Positions 42,276 through 52,302 of a DNA stretch of 64,000 nucleotides are shown piece by piece. The notes beneath the pieces are model-generated. The model was given only the letters and a program-made list of their open reading frames with translations, was not told the origin of the DNA and did no database searches. Made by a program: the position numbers and the translations under genes. Origin of the DNA: Candidatus Methanomethylophilaceae archaeon (GTDB taxonomy: Archaea; Thermoplasmatota; Thermoplasmata; Methanomassiliicoccales; Methanomethylophilaceae); NCBI GenBank assembly GCA_944320495.1, contig CALUHR010000009.1:1-64000 (forward strand), given 5' to 3'. Position 1 is the stretch's first letter. Every line of letters begins with the position of its first letter.

Positions 42276-43709
42276 TCAGAAGGCCTTGGCCTTCTTGGAC
42301 TCGTACACGGCGCGGATGGCCTTGTAGAGCATGTACACGTCCATCTTGGCGGTGACCTCGATTGGCGCGTGCATGGACAGCACAGGGACGCCGATGTCCA
42401 CGGTGTCGATGCTGTGGATGGAGATCTCGGACGCGATGGTGCCCCCTCCGCCCAGGTCGATCTTCCCGAGCTCGCCGATCTGCCACCTGACGCCGGCATC
42501 CCTGAAGATGGAGATGACGTAATCCATCATCTCGGCGGACGCGTCGTTGGTCGAGTACTTGCCGCGGGATCCGTCGTACTTGGCGAGGCAGGGTCCCATG
42601 TTCATGAAGCAGCAGTTGTTCCTCTCCATGACGTCGGGGAAGGCGGGGTCGAACCCGGCGCTGACGTCGCACGAGAGGCAGACGGAGTTCCTCATGACGT
42701 CGCGGACCTCCGCGCCCTCGTCCTGGGCCAGGTCCTCGATGAAGTCCCTGAAGAAGAAGGACCTCATCCCGGTGACACCGTCGGACCCGGTCTCCTCCTT
42801 GTCCGCGAATATGGTCACGGTGGTGTACTCGGGGTTCTTGGTGTCCAGCTCGGCCATGAACTCGGCGTAGGCGCAGGAGCTGTCGTCCTGGCCGTAGGCG
42901 GCGATCATGGATCTGTCGAGCCCGAGGTCCCTCGGCTTGAACGCGGGGACGGCGCAGAGCTCGGCGGTCTCGAAGTCGTCCTCGGTGATGCCGTACTTGT
43001 CGTTGAGGATCTTCATGATCGCGAGCTTCACCCTCTCCTTGACCTTGTCGTCCTCGTAGGGGAGGGAGCCGATCAGGAGGTTCATCTGCTCGCCCTCGAT
43101 GACCTCGGAGGCGCCCTTGCGCATCTGATTCTGTGCGAGGTGCGGCAGGAGGTCCGTGATGAGGAACGCCGGCTCGTCATCCTCCTCGCCGATCCTGACC
43201 TTGACGGTCTCACCCTTCTTCGTGTACACGACTCCGCGGATGGAGAGCGGGATGGTGGTCCACTGGTACTTCTTGATCCCGCCGTAGTAGTGGGTCTTGA
43301 AGTAGGCCATCGCCCCGTCCTCGAACAGGGGGTGGGGCTTGAAGTCCAGCCTGGGGCTGTCGATGTGTGCGACGGTGACGCGGACGCCCTCGGACACCGG
43401 CCTCTTGCCCTTGGTGCACATGAGGATGGTCTTGTTGCGGTTGACCTTGTAGAACTTGGATCCGGCCTTCAGCTTGGATCCGCGGGCATACTCCCTGTAC
43501 CCGTGCTCCTCCAGTATCGGGAGCACGTAGTCGACGACCTCGCGCTCGGTCTTGTACGAGAGGAACTCCTTGTATCCCTCGCAGAACTCGTCGGCGTCCC
43601 TGAATGATTTGGGGGACTCCTCCGGGAGGCTCTTGCGGTTGGTGAGTATGTTCTCGGCCAGCTCCTGGCCCTTGCTCTTCTTCACCATGCGGACCCGTAG
43701 GGTCGCCAT
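42276..43709 (-). CDS. M18 family aminopeptidase
   Basis: AHIDSPRL, YGQDD, DKEETGS, SCDVSA and MHAP. The start may be the MVKK ATG at 43688. Confidence 0.9.
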   Translation of the reverse strand: MATLRVRMVKKSKGQELAENILTNRKSLPEESPKSFRDADEFCEGYKEFLSYKTEREVVDYVLPILEEHGYREYARGSKLKAGSKFYKVNRNKTILMCTKGKRPVSEGVRVTVAHIDSPRLDFKPHPLFEDGAMAYFKTHYYGGIKKYQWTTIPLSIRGVVYTKKGETVKVRIGEEDDEPAFLITDLLPHLAQNQMRKGASEVIEGEQMNLLIGSLPYEDDKVKERVKLAIMKILNDKYGITEDDFETAELCAVPAFKPRDLGLDRSMIAAYGQDDSSCAYAEFMAELDTKNPEYTTVTIFADKEETGSDGVTGMRSFFFRDFIEDLAQDEGAEVRDVMRNSVCLSCDVSAGFDPAFPDVMERNNCCFMNMGPCLAKYDGSRGKYSTNDASAEMMDYVISIFRDAGVRWQIGELGKIDLGGGGTIASEISIHSIDTVDIGVPVLSMHAPIEVTAKMDVYMLYKAIRAVYESKKAKAF

Positions 43710-43746
43710 CTATACCCGTCTTTCGATGGTATCCTCGGCGACCGCG

Positions 43747-44511
43747 TCGTATCGAGGACGCCTCCCAGGGCGGCACCCAGGAGATCCCGTGGATGTCCAG
43801 GCGGTCGGGTGACACGATCACGGTCCTGTCATCCGGATGGCTCTCGAGATATTCCCTGAGGCTTCTGGCGTAGGCGCGGCTGCGAGGTTCGATCTGGACT
43901 GCGACCGCACTTCCATCCATGCTGTCGACGGTGAACGCCTCGGCGCGGTTGCCCGACCTCCAGCACGCGAGTTCCGGATGCACCCTGCGCATCTCGAGCA
44001 GGACTGCTGACACGGTCATGGCGTCCAGGAGGCTTTCCGGTTCGTAGCCGGGGGATGTTCCCGCCAGAACCCTCATGATCCCTGTGTCCGAGCAGAGCAG
44101 GATGGAACCCGCCCGAGATCCCTTCGAGAATATCGGGATCTCGACCGTGGCACCGGAGCTCTCCAGCGCATCCAGCGGTCCGCGCAGGTCCCTGAGGCGG
44201 AGCCCCGGGGAAACGCTCCCGTACATGAACTTCCGGTTGTTCCCCGACAGCTGCCTCGGTATGCTGCGGAGGATCCACAGGCATTTGGCGGAGAAGGCCT
44301 CGCCCCGCTCATCCGCGATGGAGTCCTCGAGATCATCCAGGATACATGAGAGCACCTCGTCCACGGAAGCGATGTCGCGCGTCTCAGCCCAGGCATCCAC
44401 GGCCTTCGGGATGCCGCCTACGGCGATGTATTCGTCGAAAAGCGTGCGCATGTCCGCGGGACCGTCCGATCCGTCGGCACCCAGCCTGGAGACGAACTCT
44501 CCGAACGGCAT
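43747..44511 (-). CDS. DUF4143-type ATPase-associated protein lacking the N-terminal AAA domain
   Basis: MPFGEF, YIAVGGIP, NRKFMY, SDTG and WRSGNRAE. Ends at CGA (43747-49), 37 nt before the aminopeptidase start; standard-code end is 43210. Confidence 0.6.
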
Positions 44512-44621
44512 GGGGTCGGGGATGCCCCGGAGTGGACTTGGTGTCGAGCGTTGCACAAGTTGCGCAACGATGAGCAACCTAAAGAATGATGGCCCGGGGC
44601 GGATGCCCCGGGTGAAGAGGT

Positions 44622-45398
44622 TCAGATGGCTCCGCAACCTTTGGCGGCGCCGATGCACTCCTGGCATCCGTCCCCGATCTTGGGGAGGCCGCGCTCCAGG
44701 AGCATGAGGACGTTGTTGAGGCACTCGGCCATTGTCCTGTTTACCATGTCGATGTCCACGGGCTCGTCCTTCCAGACGTCATAGTCCGTGATGGTGGCGA
44801 GGCTGCAGTAGCACAGGCCGAGCTCCCTGGCGAGCTGGCACTCGGGGACCACGGTCATGCCGATGATGTCGGCGAAGTGCCTGAACATGTTGCTCTCCGC
44901 CATGGTGGAGAACCTGGGTCCTTCGATGCAGAGGTAGGTTCCTCCGAGGTGGTGCTTGAGGCCGAGCTCGGTGGCCGTGGCGTCGAAGATGCCGTTCAGA
45001 TACGGGCAGAACGGGTCCGGGATGGAGATGTGGACCGCCCTGTCGTCGAAGTAGGTGTAGTCGCGCCTCTTGGTGAAGTCGATGAACTGGTCGGCGATGA
45101 CGAGGTCCCCGGGGGCGTAGTCCTCCTGCAGGGATCCGACGGCGCAGGCGGAGATGACGTACTTGCATCCCAGCTCCTTCAGCGCCCACATGTTGGCCCT
45201 GTAGGGGACGTTGGTCGGGGGGTGCTGGTGCTGCTTGCCGTGGCGGTAGAGGAACGCGACCTCCACGCCGTTAATCCTGCCTATGAGTATGGGGTCGGAG
45301 GGTTTGCCGTACGGGGTGTCGGGGAAGACCTCCTCGATCATCTCGAAGGTGTCCGGGTTGTAGATCCCGGTGCCTCCGATGATAGCTATCTTGGGCAT
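44622..45398 (-). CDS. mtnP: S-methyl-5'-thioadenosine/-inosine phosphorylase
   Basis: IIGGTG, RHG, NMWAL, EGPRFST, GMTVVPE and TDYD. Confidence 0.92.
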   Translation of the reverse strand: MPKIAIIGGTGIYNPDTFEMIEEVFPDTPYGKPSDPILIGRINGVEVAFLYRHGKQHQHPPTNVPYRANMWALKELGCKYVISACAVGSLQEDYAPGDLVIADQFIDFTKRRDYTYFDDRAVHISIPDPFCPYLNGIFDATATELGLKHHLGGTYLCIEGPRFSTMAESNMFRHFADIIGMTVVPECQLARELGLCYCSLATITDYDVWKDEPVDIDMVNRTMAECLNNVLMLLERGLPKIGDGCQECIGAAKGCGAI

Positions 45399-45485
45399 GT
45401 CCGGTTTATTGTGACGCTGATAATAATATGATTGGAACGCGGACCGCTCACTTGTTGAAGGGTCCGCGTTCCTGGAACGGTTTCA

Positions 45486-46136
45486 TCAGGCGATGTGCCT
45501 GGTGGCCTCGTAGGGCGTGACGTGGAGGGCCCTCTCGGCCTCCTCCGGGGTCATGCCGGCCCCGAGGGCGACGACCAGCGCGGCCTTCTCGTCCATCAGG
45601 TTCTCCGGCGCGTGGGTGTCGGAGTCGATGACCATGTCGGCGCCCACGGCGCGGGCCATGTTGACGACGTGCCCGTTGGTGATGTTGTGCCCCATGCGGC
45701 CCGTGACCTCGATGAGGACGCCGTTGTCCTTGGCGAGCTGGGTCTCCTCAAGGGTGATGAACCCGGGGTGGGCGAGGACGTCGATCTCCGGATCCTCGGC
45801 GGACGCGCGGTTGGTGCCGGGGGCGACCGGCTCGGTGACTGTCTCCCCGTGGACCACGATCCACTCAGCCCCGTACTTCCTGGCGAGCTTGGCGACGTGC
45901 CCGATCTTGGACGGCGGGACGTGGGTGATCTCCACGCCGGGGATGACCTTGATGTAGTCCTCGCACAGCTCCACGGCCTTGGCGACGTTGGATGCGACGA
46001 ACTCCACGTTCGTCATGTCCACGTGGTCGGTGATGGCGATGACGTCGTGTCCGAGGACCATGGCCCTCCTAACCAGCTCGGCCGGGATGAGCTCCCCGTC
46101 GCTGAAGACGGTGTGGGTGTGGAGGTCGGCCCTCAT
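45486..46136 (-). CDS. PHP-family phosphatase, candidate histidinol-phosphatase
   Basis: DLHTHT, ITDH, HGET, AHPG and DSDTH; coupled to the end of the his cluster. Confidence 0.8.
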   Translation of the reverse strand: MRADLHTHTVFSDGELIPAELVRRAMVLGHDVIAITDHVDMTNVEFVASNVAKAVELCEDYIKVIPGVEITHVPPSKIGHVAKLARKYGAEWIVVHGETVTEPVAPGTNRASAEDPEIDVLAHPGFITLEETQLAKDNGVLIEVTGRMGHNITNGHVVNMARAVGADMVIDSDTHAPENLMDEKAALVVALGAGMTPEEAERALHVTPYEATRHIA

Positions 46137-46738
46137 TGCGCCCTCTCCCACAGCTTGCGGTATACCTCGGACATCGGGAGGCCGGTCTTCTCGATTGCGA
46201 CCATGGTGTGGTAGATGAGGTCGGCGAGCTCCCAGGCCATCTCGTCGGTGTCCTTGTCCTTGATGGCGAGGGCGAACTCGCCGGCCTCCTCGATGACCTT
46301 CTTGCACATGCGGGTCTCGTCGTTGTACAGCTTGCAGGTGTAGCTCTCCTCGGAGGGGTTCTCGAGCCTGTCGATGAGGACGCGTCTGAGCTCAGGGATG
46401 ATCGCCATGGTCTCCTCGGTGGATCCGAGGATGACCTCGTCGAAGCAGGAGGGCTTGCCGAGGTGGCAGGCGATGCCCCCGACCTGCTCGACCCTCGCCA
46501 GGAGGGTGTCGCCGTCGCAGTCGGCCTGCAGGGATTTGATCTTCTGGAAGTGCCCGGACTCCTCGCCCTTCTTCCACATCCTCTGCCTGCTCCTGGACCA
46601 GAAGTGGGTGTATCCGGTCTCCTTCATCAGGCGGACCGCCTCCTCGTTGGCCCAGGCGACCATGAGCACCTCGTTGGTGATGTAGTCCTGGACGACCACG
46701 GGGATGAGTCCGTTCGCATCGTACTTCAGTTCGCTCAT
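46133..46738 (-). CDS. hisIE: Bifunctional PRA-CH/PRA-PH
   Basis: [22 protein letters not shown] and KKVIEEAGE. Confidence 0.93.
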   Translation of the reverse strand: MSELKYDANGLIPVVVQDYITNEVLMVAWANEEAVRLMKETGYTHFWSRSRQRMWKKGEESGHFQKIKSLQADCDGDTLLARVEQVGGIACHLGKPSCFDEVILGSTEETMAIIPELRRVLIDRLENPSEESYTCKLYNDETRMCKKVIEEAGEFALAIKDKDTDEMAWELADLIYHTMVAIEKTGLPMSEVYRKLWERAQ

Positions 46739-47487
46739 CTTACCTCGACTCCCTTGTCTCTGAGATACTGCTTGACCTCCGCCACGGTGCACTCGCCGTA
46801 GTGGAAGATCGATGCCGCGAGCGCGGCGGATGCGCCGGTCTGCGAGAACACGTCGTAGATGTGCTCCATGCTGCCGCAGCCGCCGGACGCGATGACCGGA
46901 ATGCTGACCTCGTCCGTCACGGCCGAGGTGAGCGGTATGTCGTAGCCGTTCTTGACGCCGTCCGTGTCCATGGACGTGAGGAGGATCTCCCCCGCCCCCA
47001 GGTCCTGGGCCCTCTGGGCCCATTCGATGGCGTCGATGCCGGTGCCCCTGGTGCCCCCGTGGGTGAAGACCTCCCAGTGGTCGCCCACGCGCTTCGCGTC
47101 TATGGCCACGACCACGCACTGCCTCCCGAAGCTCTCGGCGCATTCGCCGATGATGGACGGGTCCTTCACGGCGGCCGAGTTCACGGACACCTTGTCCGCC
47201 CCGGCGTTGAGCGCATCCCTCATGTCGGTCACGCTCCTGATGCCCCCTCCGACGGTCAGCGGGACGAACAGGTTGCTGGCCGTGCGTGTGACGATGTCGA
47301 GCATGGTCTGCCTCGTCTCGAGGGAGGCGGTGATGTCCAGGAAGGTGATCTCGTCGGCGCCCTGGGCCTCGTACTCCGCGGCCATGGTGGGCGGGTCCCC
47401 GACCTCCTTGAGTCCCTTGAAGTTGATCCCCTTGACGACCTTGCCCTCCTTCACGTCCAGGCAGGGTATGATCCTCTTCGCCAGCAT
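46735..47487 (-). CDS. hisF: Imidazole glycerol phosphate synthase cyclase subunit
   Basis: [29 protein letters not shown] and ALAASIFH. Confidence 0.97.
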   Translation of the reverse strand: MLAKRIIPCLDVKEGKVVKGINFKGLKEVGDPPTMAAEYEAQGADEITFLDITASLETRQTMLDIVTRTASNLFVPLTVGGGIRSVTDMRDALNAGADKVSVNSAAVKDPSIIGECAESFGRQCVVVAIDAKRVGDHWEVFTHGGTRGTGIDAIEWAQRAQDLGAGEILLTSMDTDGVKNGYDIPLTSAVTDEVSIPVIASGGCGSMEHIYDVFSQTGASAALAASIFHYGECTVAEVKQYLRDKGVEVR

Positions 47488-47491
47488 GGGA

Positions 47492-48040
47492 TCACCCGAT
47501 GACCTCGCGGTCCTTGGTCGAGAGCTCGGTGCCCCTCGGCCTCACGGCCTGGGAGAGCGCCTTGCCGACGGCCTTGAACGCAGCCTCCACGATGTGGTGT
47601 TCGTCGAATCCCCTGATGACCACTATGTGCAGGGTCATCCCGGTGGACATGGCGAGGCTCCTCATGTAGTGCGTGTAGAGCGGGTCCGGGAGGTCCACGT
47701 CAGCGTACGGGCGGTCGACCAGGTCGAGGGACGCCATGACGAGGGCGTCGTCCATGGGCACCACGGCAGTGGCCATCCTCTCGATGGGGCCGTCGCCGAG
47801 GGCCTGCCTGAGGGCCTTGCCGACGGTGATGGCGCAATCCTCGATGATGTGGTGGTCGTTGTCCCCCTCCGCGCTCATCGTGAGGTCGAAGGATGCGTAC
47901 CTTGCGAGCGTCTCGGTCATGTGCTTCAGGAACTGGATGTCGCTGGTGACGTCGAAGACGCCGCTACCGTCCAGGTCCAGGGAGACCGAGATGCGGGTCT
48001 CCCTCGTGCTGCGCTCAATCTGGGACTTCCTGGCGCTCAT
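47492..48040 (-). CDS. hisB: Imidazoleglycerol-phosphate dehydratase
   Basis: RSTRET, DHHIIED, PMDDA and HHIVEA. Confidence 0.93.
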   Translation of the reverse strand: MSARKSQIERSTRETRISVSLDLDGSGVFDVTSDIQFLKHMTETLARYASFDLTMSAEGDNDHHIIEDCAITVGKALRQALGDGPIERMATAVVPMDDALVMASLDLVDRPYADVDLPDPLYTHYMRSLAMSTGMTLHIVVIRGFDEHHIVEAAFKAVGKALSQAVRPRGTELSTKDREVIG

Positions 48041-48066
48041 GTTAACGTCCACGCGATGTACCGCGC

Positions 48067-48072
48067 TTATAA
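48067..48072 (-). promoter_or_regulatory. TATA box for hisB-F-IE-PHP
   Basis: TTATAA lies 26 nt upstream of the hisB ATG. Confidence 0.6.
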
Positions 48073-48093
48073 GGGCATTTCTGAGCCGATGCT

Positions 48094-48510
48094 TCGGGCC
48101 CTCTCGGAGACGATCTCGTTGGACGTCACGATGTTGAGGCGCGGGCAGTCGGCGCAGATGCCGAGGTCCCCGCTGTATCCCTCGAAGACGTACAGCGCCT
48201 TCAGCAGGCCGCTCTCCTTCACGAAGTTGCAGATTCCGCAGAGCGACTCGGTGACGTCCGCTCCGTTGGAGATCTCGTCGGCCATCCTGGCTATCTCGGC
48301 GTAGAAGTCGTCCTTGTAGGCGCTGCGGTCGATCAGGTTGTTCCCGCCCCGCATGCCCTTGAGGTACTGGGACACCGCTGCGCTTGTGACGCCGAAGAGC
48401 TTGGCCACCTGTGTCTGGGTCATGCCGTGGCTGGTCACCAGGTCCCTGGCGAGCGCTCCGCGCGCTGTGGGCAGAATGTGTGTGACTATGAGCTCGCACG
48501 GCATCTTCAT
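48094..48510 (-). CDS. HTH transcriptional regulator (COG2522-like)
   Basis: PCE, MTQTQVAKLFGVTSAAVSQY and C-terminal CxxC motifs. Ends at CGA (48094-96); the standard TAA at 48067 is part of the hisB TATA box. Confidence 0.8.
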
Positions 48511-48558
48511 GAGCGGTGTAACGACGTTAACGACTTCAAGATATCGGATGCCAGCGAC

Positions 48559-49170
48559 TCACTTCGGGGCGTTCTGGATCTTGGATGAGACGGCCTGTGT
48601 CTTCCCGGAGAACGCCACCCCATACAGAACGGTCATCCCATCCATGCCGTGCGCGTAGTTCCTGTCGACGATTTGGCCCAGGGCCCTCTCGGCGGCCGAG
48701 CGTAGCTCGTCCTTCCCGATCCTGTCTCTAGTCATGCGCTTAATCTCGATGACGACGTTTGGACCGCTCCCCCTTAGACGCTTCAGTCTGATGTCGTGAC
48801 ACTCGTCGCCTGATTCGAAGTCAGCGGTGATGTCGTAGTCCCTGAAAAGGCTCATTAGAGCCCGGTCACGAACGTCTGGTACGAGTGATCGTTGTCCAGC
48901 ACCCTGCCGCTGATGGCGCTCTGGAGCAGATCCCTCGGGCACATTCTCCATGCGTCCTGTGTCGTTGCAGCGGATGGCCTTGGACAGTCCCCTCATGGAT
49001 GACGACATCCCTTCCGCATCGATTCTGCGTATGATGGTGTCCGCGAACACGCCGTACATCCCCCTATCATGTATCCTGGGGGCGTAACCCGTGTCGGTTG
49101 GTACGGCTATCAGATATCTAGAAACGCGAGCACGTTGTAGATTCCGTTGCCGGCAATCTGCAGCATCTAG
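48559..49170 (-). pseudogene. Frameshifted C-terminal remnant of an AAA-ATPase/PD-(D/E)XK nuclease gene
   Basis: VIEIK, ALGQIVDRNY and YGVAFSGK are present. LDNDHSYQTFVTG and GIYNVLAF lie in other frames, and there is no N-terminus. Confidence 0.65.
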
Positions 49171-49202
49171 ACCGGATGCCTATCCGATGCCTCCGCAAAT
49201 TA

Positions 49203-49236
49203 TTCGTTTTTCCTAATTATATTTAGGAATACCATA
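49203..49236. promoter_or_regulatory. Imperfect TTAG-N6-CTAA boxes flanking the TATA of the iron ABC operon
   Basis: TTCGtttttcCTAA, then TTATAT, then TTAGgaatacCATA; the same bases form TTCCTAA-N6-TTAGGAA. Confidence 0.45.
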
Positions 49237-49304
49237 AAAATAAATATGCCCGGTCCATCCCATCGGTGTCGGGAAACGGAGGTTCATGGAAAAAGGGTGA
49301 ATCC

Positions 49305-50453
49305 ATGAACAGCAAAATAGTGGTAGCCGTGGTGGCCGTCATAATCGTGATGGCGGCTGCGGCGGCTGTAGTGTTGACCAGGGATGGTGGGGAGGACGGT
49401 ACCGTCGAGGGAGTCACCGTCACCGATAGCTCGGGACGCGAAGTGTTCGTTCCGACACCTGTGGAAAGGGTGGCCATAACCGATCCAACCATCGTAGAGA
49501 TATTCGCACAGGCTGTAGGCGAGGGCTGGGAAGACTATGTGTGCCTGCTCCCGCAGGACATCGAAACCAGGGAGCCTGCGAAGTGGGCTCTGCTCAAGGA
49601 GACCTATCCGGAACTGGCCGACGTCCCGCTCTGTGCCGATGTGTATGGAACGGGTGCAATACCTGTCGATGACATCCTCAACTCGGAGCCCGACCTGGTG
49701 CTTCTCGCCGGCGCGACGGTGAACTATCTGCCCGGAGCGGAGGAGCAGATATCGGCTCTCGGTGACATACCCTGCATCTATCTCGAATTCTACGACAAGT
49801 CGTTCACCGACGGCATCGCCGAGGCCAACTACGGCATCCTCGGGGAGATCTTCGGGACGCAGTCGGTGGCCGACAGGATCGTGGACTACTACAACGAGAA
49901 GGTCAGCATCGCGAAGGACCGCATAGCATCCGCAGACAGGTCCTTCACGTACTACGTCGAGCTCCCGGGCTCCGACCCATCCGTCTACGGCAGCGTCGTG
50001 GCCATGGGATGCCCCGAGTTCGATATCCTGGGCGGCACCAACGTGTGCAGCAATCCGGCAGGAGTCGACATGGAATGGAACATCGAGAAGATGCTCCAAT
50101 CAGGGGACGGCGGTCCGGACTACATCGTCCTCATCAGCACCCCCTACTACAACGGGCCGGCGACCCTCGGATACGGATCTACGGCCACGGCGGAAGAGAT
50201 CCAGGATTCGTTCGAACCGTACCTCGAGAGGGCCGGATGGGACAACTTGAAGGCCGTCGAGGAGGGGAACGTCATGATCAACTACGGGGAGCTGAGGAAC
50301 AGCGCCCTCGGACTCATCGACCTCTACTCCGTCGCCGCGATGATCTATCCCGATCTGTTCACACTCGAGGAGGTCGAGCAGATCGCGGAGGACCTGGACG
50401 CCATGACGCCATTCGGATTCGAGGGTGTCTGGTACTACCACGTCGGAGCCTGA
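49305..50453 (+). CDS. Fe-siderophore/cobalamin ABC transporter substrate-binding protein
   Basis: N-terminal anchor helix, VTVTDSSGREV...PVERV, EPDLV and WDNLKAVEEGNV. Confidence 0.9.
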   Translation: MNSKIVVAVVAVIIVMAAAAAVVLTRDGGEDGTVEGVTVTDSSGREVFVPTPVERVAITDPTIVEIFAQAVGEGWEDYVCLLPQDIETREPAKWALLKETYPELADVPLCADVYGTGAIPVDDILNSEPDLVLLAGATVNYLPGAEEQISALGDIPCIYLEFYDKSFTDGIAEANYGILGEIFGTQSVADRIVDYYNEKVSIAKDRIASADRSFTYYVELPGSDPSVYGSVVAMGCPEFDILGGTNVCSNPAGVDMEWNIEKMLQSGDGGPDYIVLISTPYYNGPATLGYGSTATAEEIQDSFEPYLERAGWDNLKAVEEGNVMINYGELRNSALGLIDLYSVAAMIYPDLFTLEEVEQIAEDLDAMTPFGFEGVWYYHVGA

Positions 50454-50458
50454 TCCCA

Positions 50459-51499
50459 TTGGGGGCCACAGCCGGGCGCGAGCTATACCGCAGGATGACG
50501 AGCCGCAGGGTCGCGATGATAGCGATGTTGGCGGCGATGGCGGTGGTACTGTTCGTAGTGAACTGCACATTCTTCATGAGATGGAGCCCGCTGGAGGCCC
50601 TCCAAACCATATTCGACCCGGGTTCGGTGAGCAGGTCGCTGGATTCGGTGGTCTGGAGCTATCGCATCCCCGAGAGCTGCTTCGCCGTACTGGTGGGGGT
50701 GGCCCTCGGGATGGCCGGTGCTGAGATGCAGACGGTTCTGAACAACCCCCTGGCGGAGCCCTACACCCTGGGGATATCCATGGCGGCCGCATTCGGAGCC
50801 GCCCTGGTGATAGGCTTCGGGTTCGGGACATCGTTCCTGGGCGGCTATGCGATGATCGTCGGGGCGTTCCTCATGTCCATGGTGGCCTGCGGGGCGATCT
50901 ATGCCGTCTCCAGGAGGAGGGGATCGTCGAGGACCACCATCATACTCACCGGGGTGGCGATGCTGTTCCTGTTCCAGGCCCTGGTGAACGCCGTTCAGTC
51001 CCTGGGTGGTAAGGAGGTGTCCAATTCCATCACTTTCTGGATGTTCGGCAACCTGGCCAGGTATCCGGACGAGATGGGATACGTGCTCGTACTGCTCATC
51101 GTCGTGGTCCTTGTGGCGGCGCTGTTCGCCATGAACATGTGGAAGCTCTCAGCGCTGAAACTGGGGGATGCCAAGGTCTACAGCATGGGCGTGGACGCTT
51201 CCAGGCTCAGGAGGAACACGATCATCGGGATATCGGTGGTCACGGCGGTCGCTGTCAGCTTCACCGGAACCATCGGATTCGTCGGGCTCGTGGGCCCCCA
51301 TGTGGCCAGGATGCTCGTGGGGGACGACCAGCGCTTCCTTCTGCCGATGTCCGCGCTTTGCGGCGCGGTGTTCCTCTGCGCCTCCTCCGTGCTGATCAAG
51401 GGGCTGGACCTCAGTCTCCCGGTGGGTGTGGTCACATCTCTGATCGGCGTTCCGTTCTTCCTCTATCTCGTACTGACTCGCAGGAGGTCGCTGGCATGA
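50459..51499 (+). CDS. FecCD/BtuC family permease
   Basis: YRIP, QTVLNNPLAEPYTLGIS, WMFG and GFVGLVGPH. Start is TTG 50459 or ATG 50495. Confidence 0.92.
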   Translation: MGATAGRELYRRMTSRRVAMIAMLAAMAVVLFVVNCTFFMRWSPLEALQTIFDPGSVSRSLDSVVWSYRIPESCFAVLVGVALGMAGAEMQTVLNNPLAEPYTLGISMAAAFGAALVIGFGFGTSFLGGYAMIVGAFLMSMVACGAIYAVSRRRGSSRTTIILTGVAMLFLFQALVNAVQSLGGKEVSNSITFWMFGNLARYPDEMGYVLVLLIVVVLVAALFAMNMWKLSALKLGDAKVYSMGVDASRLRRNTIIGISVVTAVAVSFTGTIGFVGLVGPHVARMLVGDDQRFLLPMSALCGAVFLCASSVLIKGLDLSLPVGVVTSLIGVPFFLYLVLTRRRSLA

Positions 51500-52263
51500 C
51501 ACTCAGGACCGTGAATCTGAGTTTCTCATACGGCGGAGACCGGATACTGAGGGAGGTGTCGATAGAGGCCGGTTCCGGGGTCACCGCCCTGTTGGGTCCG
51601 AACGGTGCGGGGAAGTCCACGCTAGTGAAGTGTCTGTCGGGAGTCATCCGCCCGGATGGGGGTACGGCCGAATTCAACGGCATTGACCTGCTGGATACTC
51701 GTCGCGGAAGTCTTAGAATGGGCTATCTGGCACAGGATCTTCCGGCGGTCTCGGAGACCAATGTTCTGGAGATGATGCTCCTCGGGAGGATCAACTCCCT
51801 CGGCCTCGAGGTGGGCGTGGAGGACCTGGACAAGGCTTACGGCGCATTGGAGGACGCCGGCATAGAGGATCTGGCGGCCAGGGACTTTAATGAACTCAGC
51901 GGTGGGCAGCGTCAGATGGTCATGGCCGCCCAGTGTCTCGTCGACGATCCCGATCTGATAATACTTGACGAGCCGACGAACAACCTGGACATCCGCAGGG
52001 AGTTGGATTTGTTCGAGATGATGACCCGTTACACGGAGGAGCACGGCATCACCACACTGATGGTCCTGCACGATGTGAATTATGCCTCCAGGTTCGCGGG
52101 AAATGTCGTCGTTATGAGGGATGGCAAGGTGTATTCCACCGGCACTCCTGAGGAGGTCATCACGGAGGGGATGCTCCGCGATGTCTACGGCGTCGAGGCC
52201 AAAGTGGGGAGAGATGTCTTCGGGAATCCCCATGTGGAGGTCCTCCATTCGATCCGTCTCCGA
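51496..52263 (+). CDS. FecE/BtuD family ABC ATPase
   Basis: GPNGAGKST, LSGGQRQ, DEPT and LHD. Ends at CGA 52261-63 (255 aa); the standard code fuses it in frame to the next gene. Confidence 0.88.
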
Positions 52264-52302
52264 TCCCATTCCACAGTCCAAACACGATCGGAAGTGTATG
52301 TT

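Noticed and set aside
48885-48895. In-frame CGA inside the 48559..49059 ORF as a counter-example to CGA-stop
   Set aside because: That stretch is off-frame in a frameshifted pseudogene; the homologous frame reads LDNDHSYQTFVTG.
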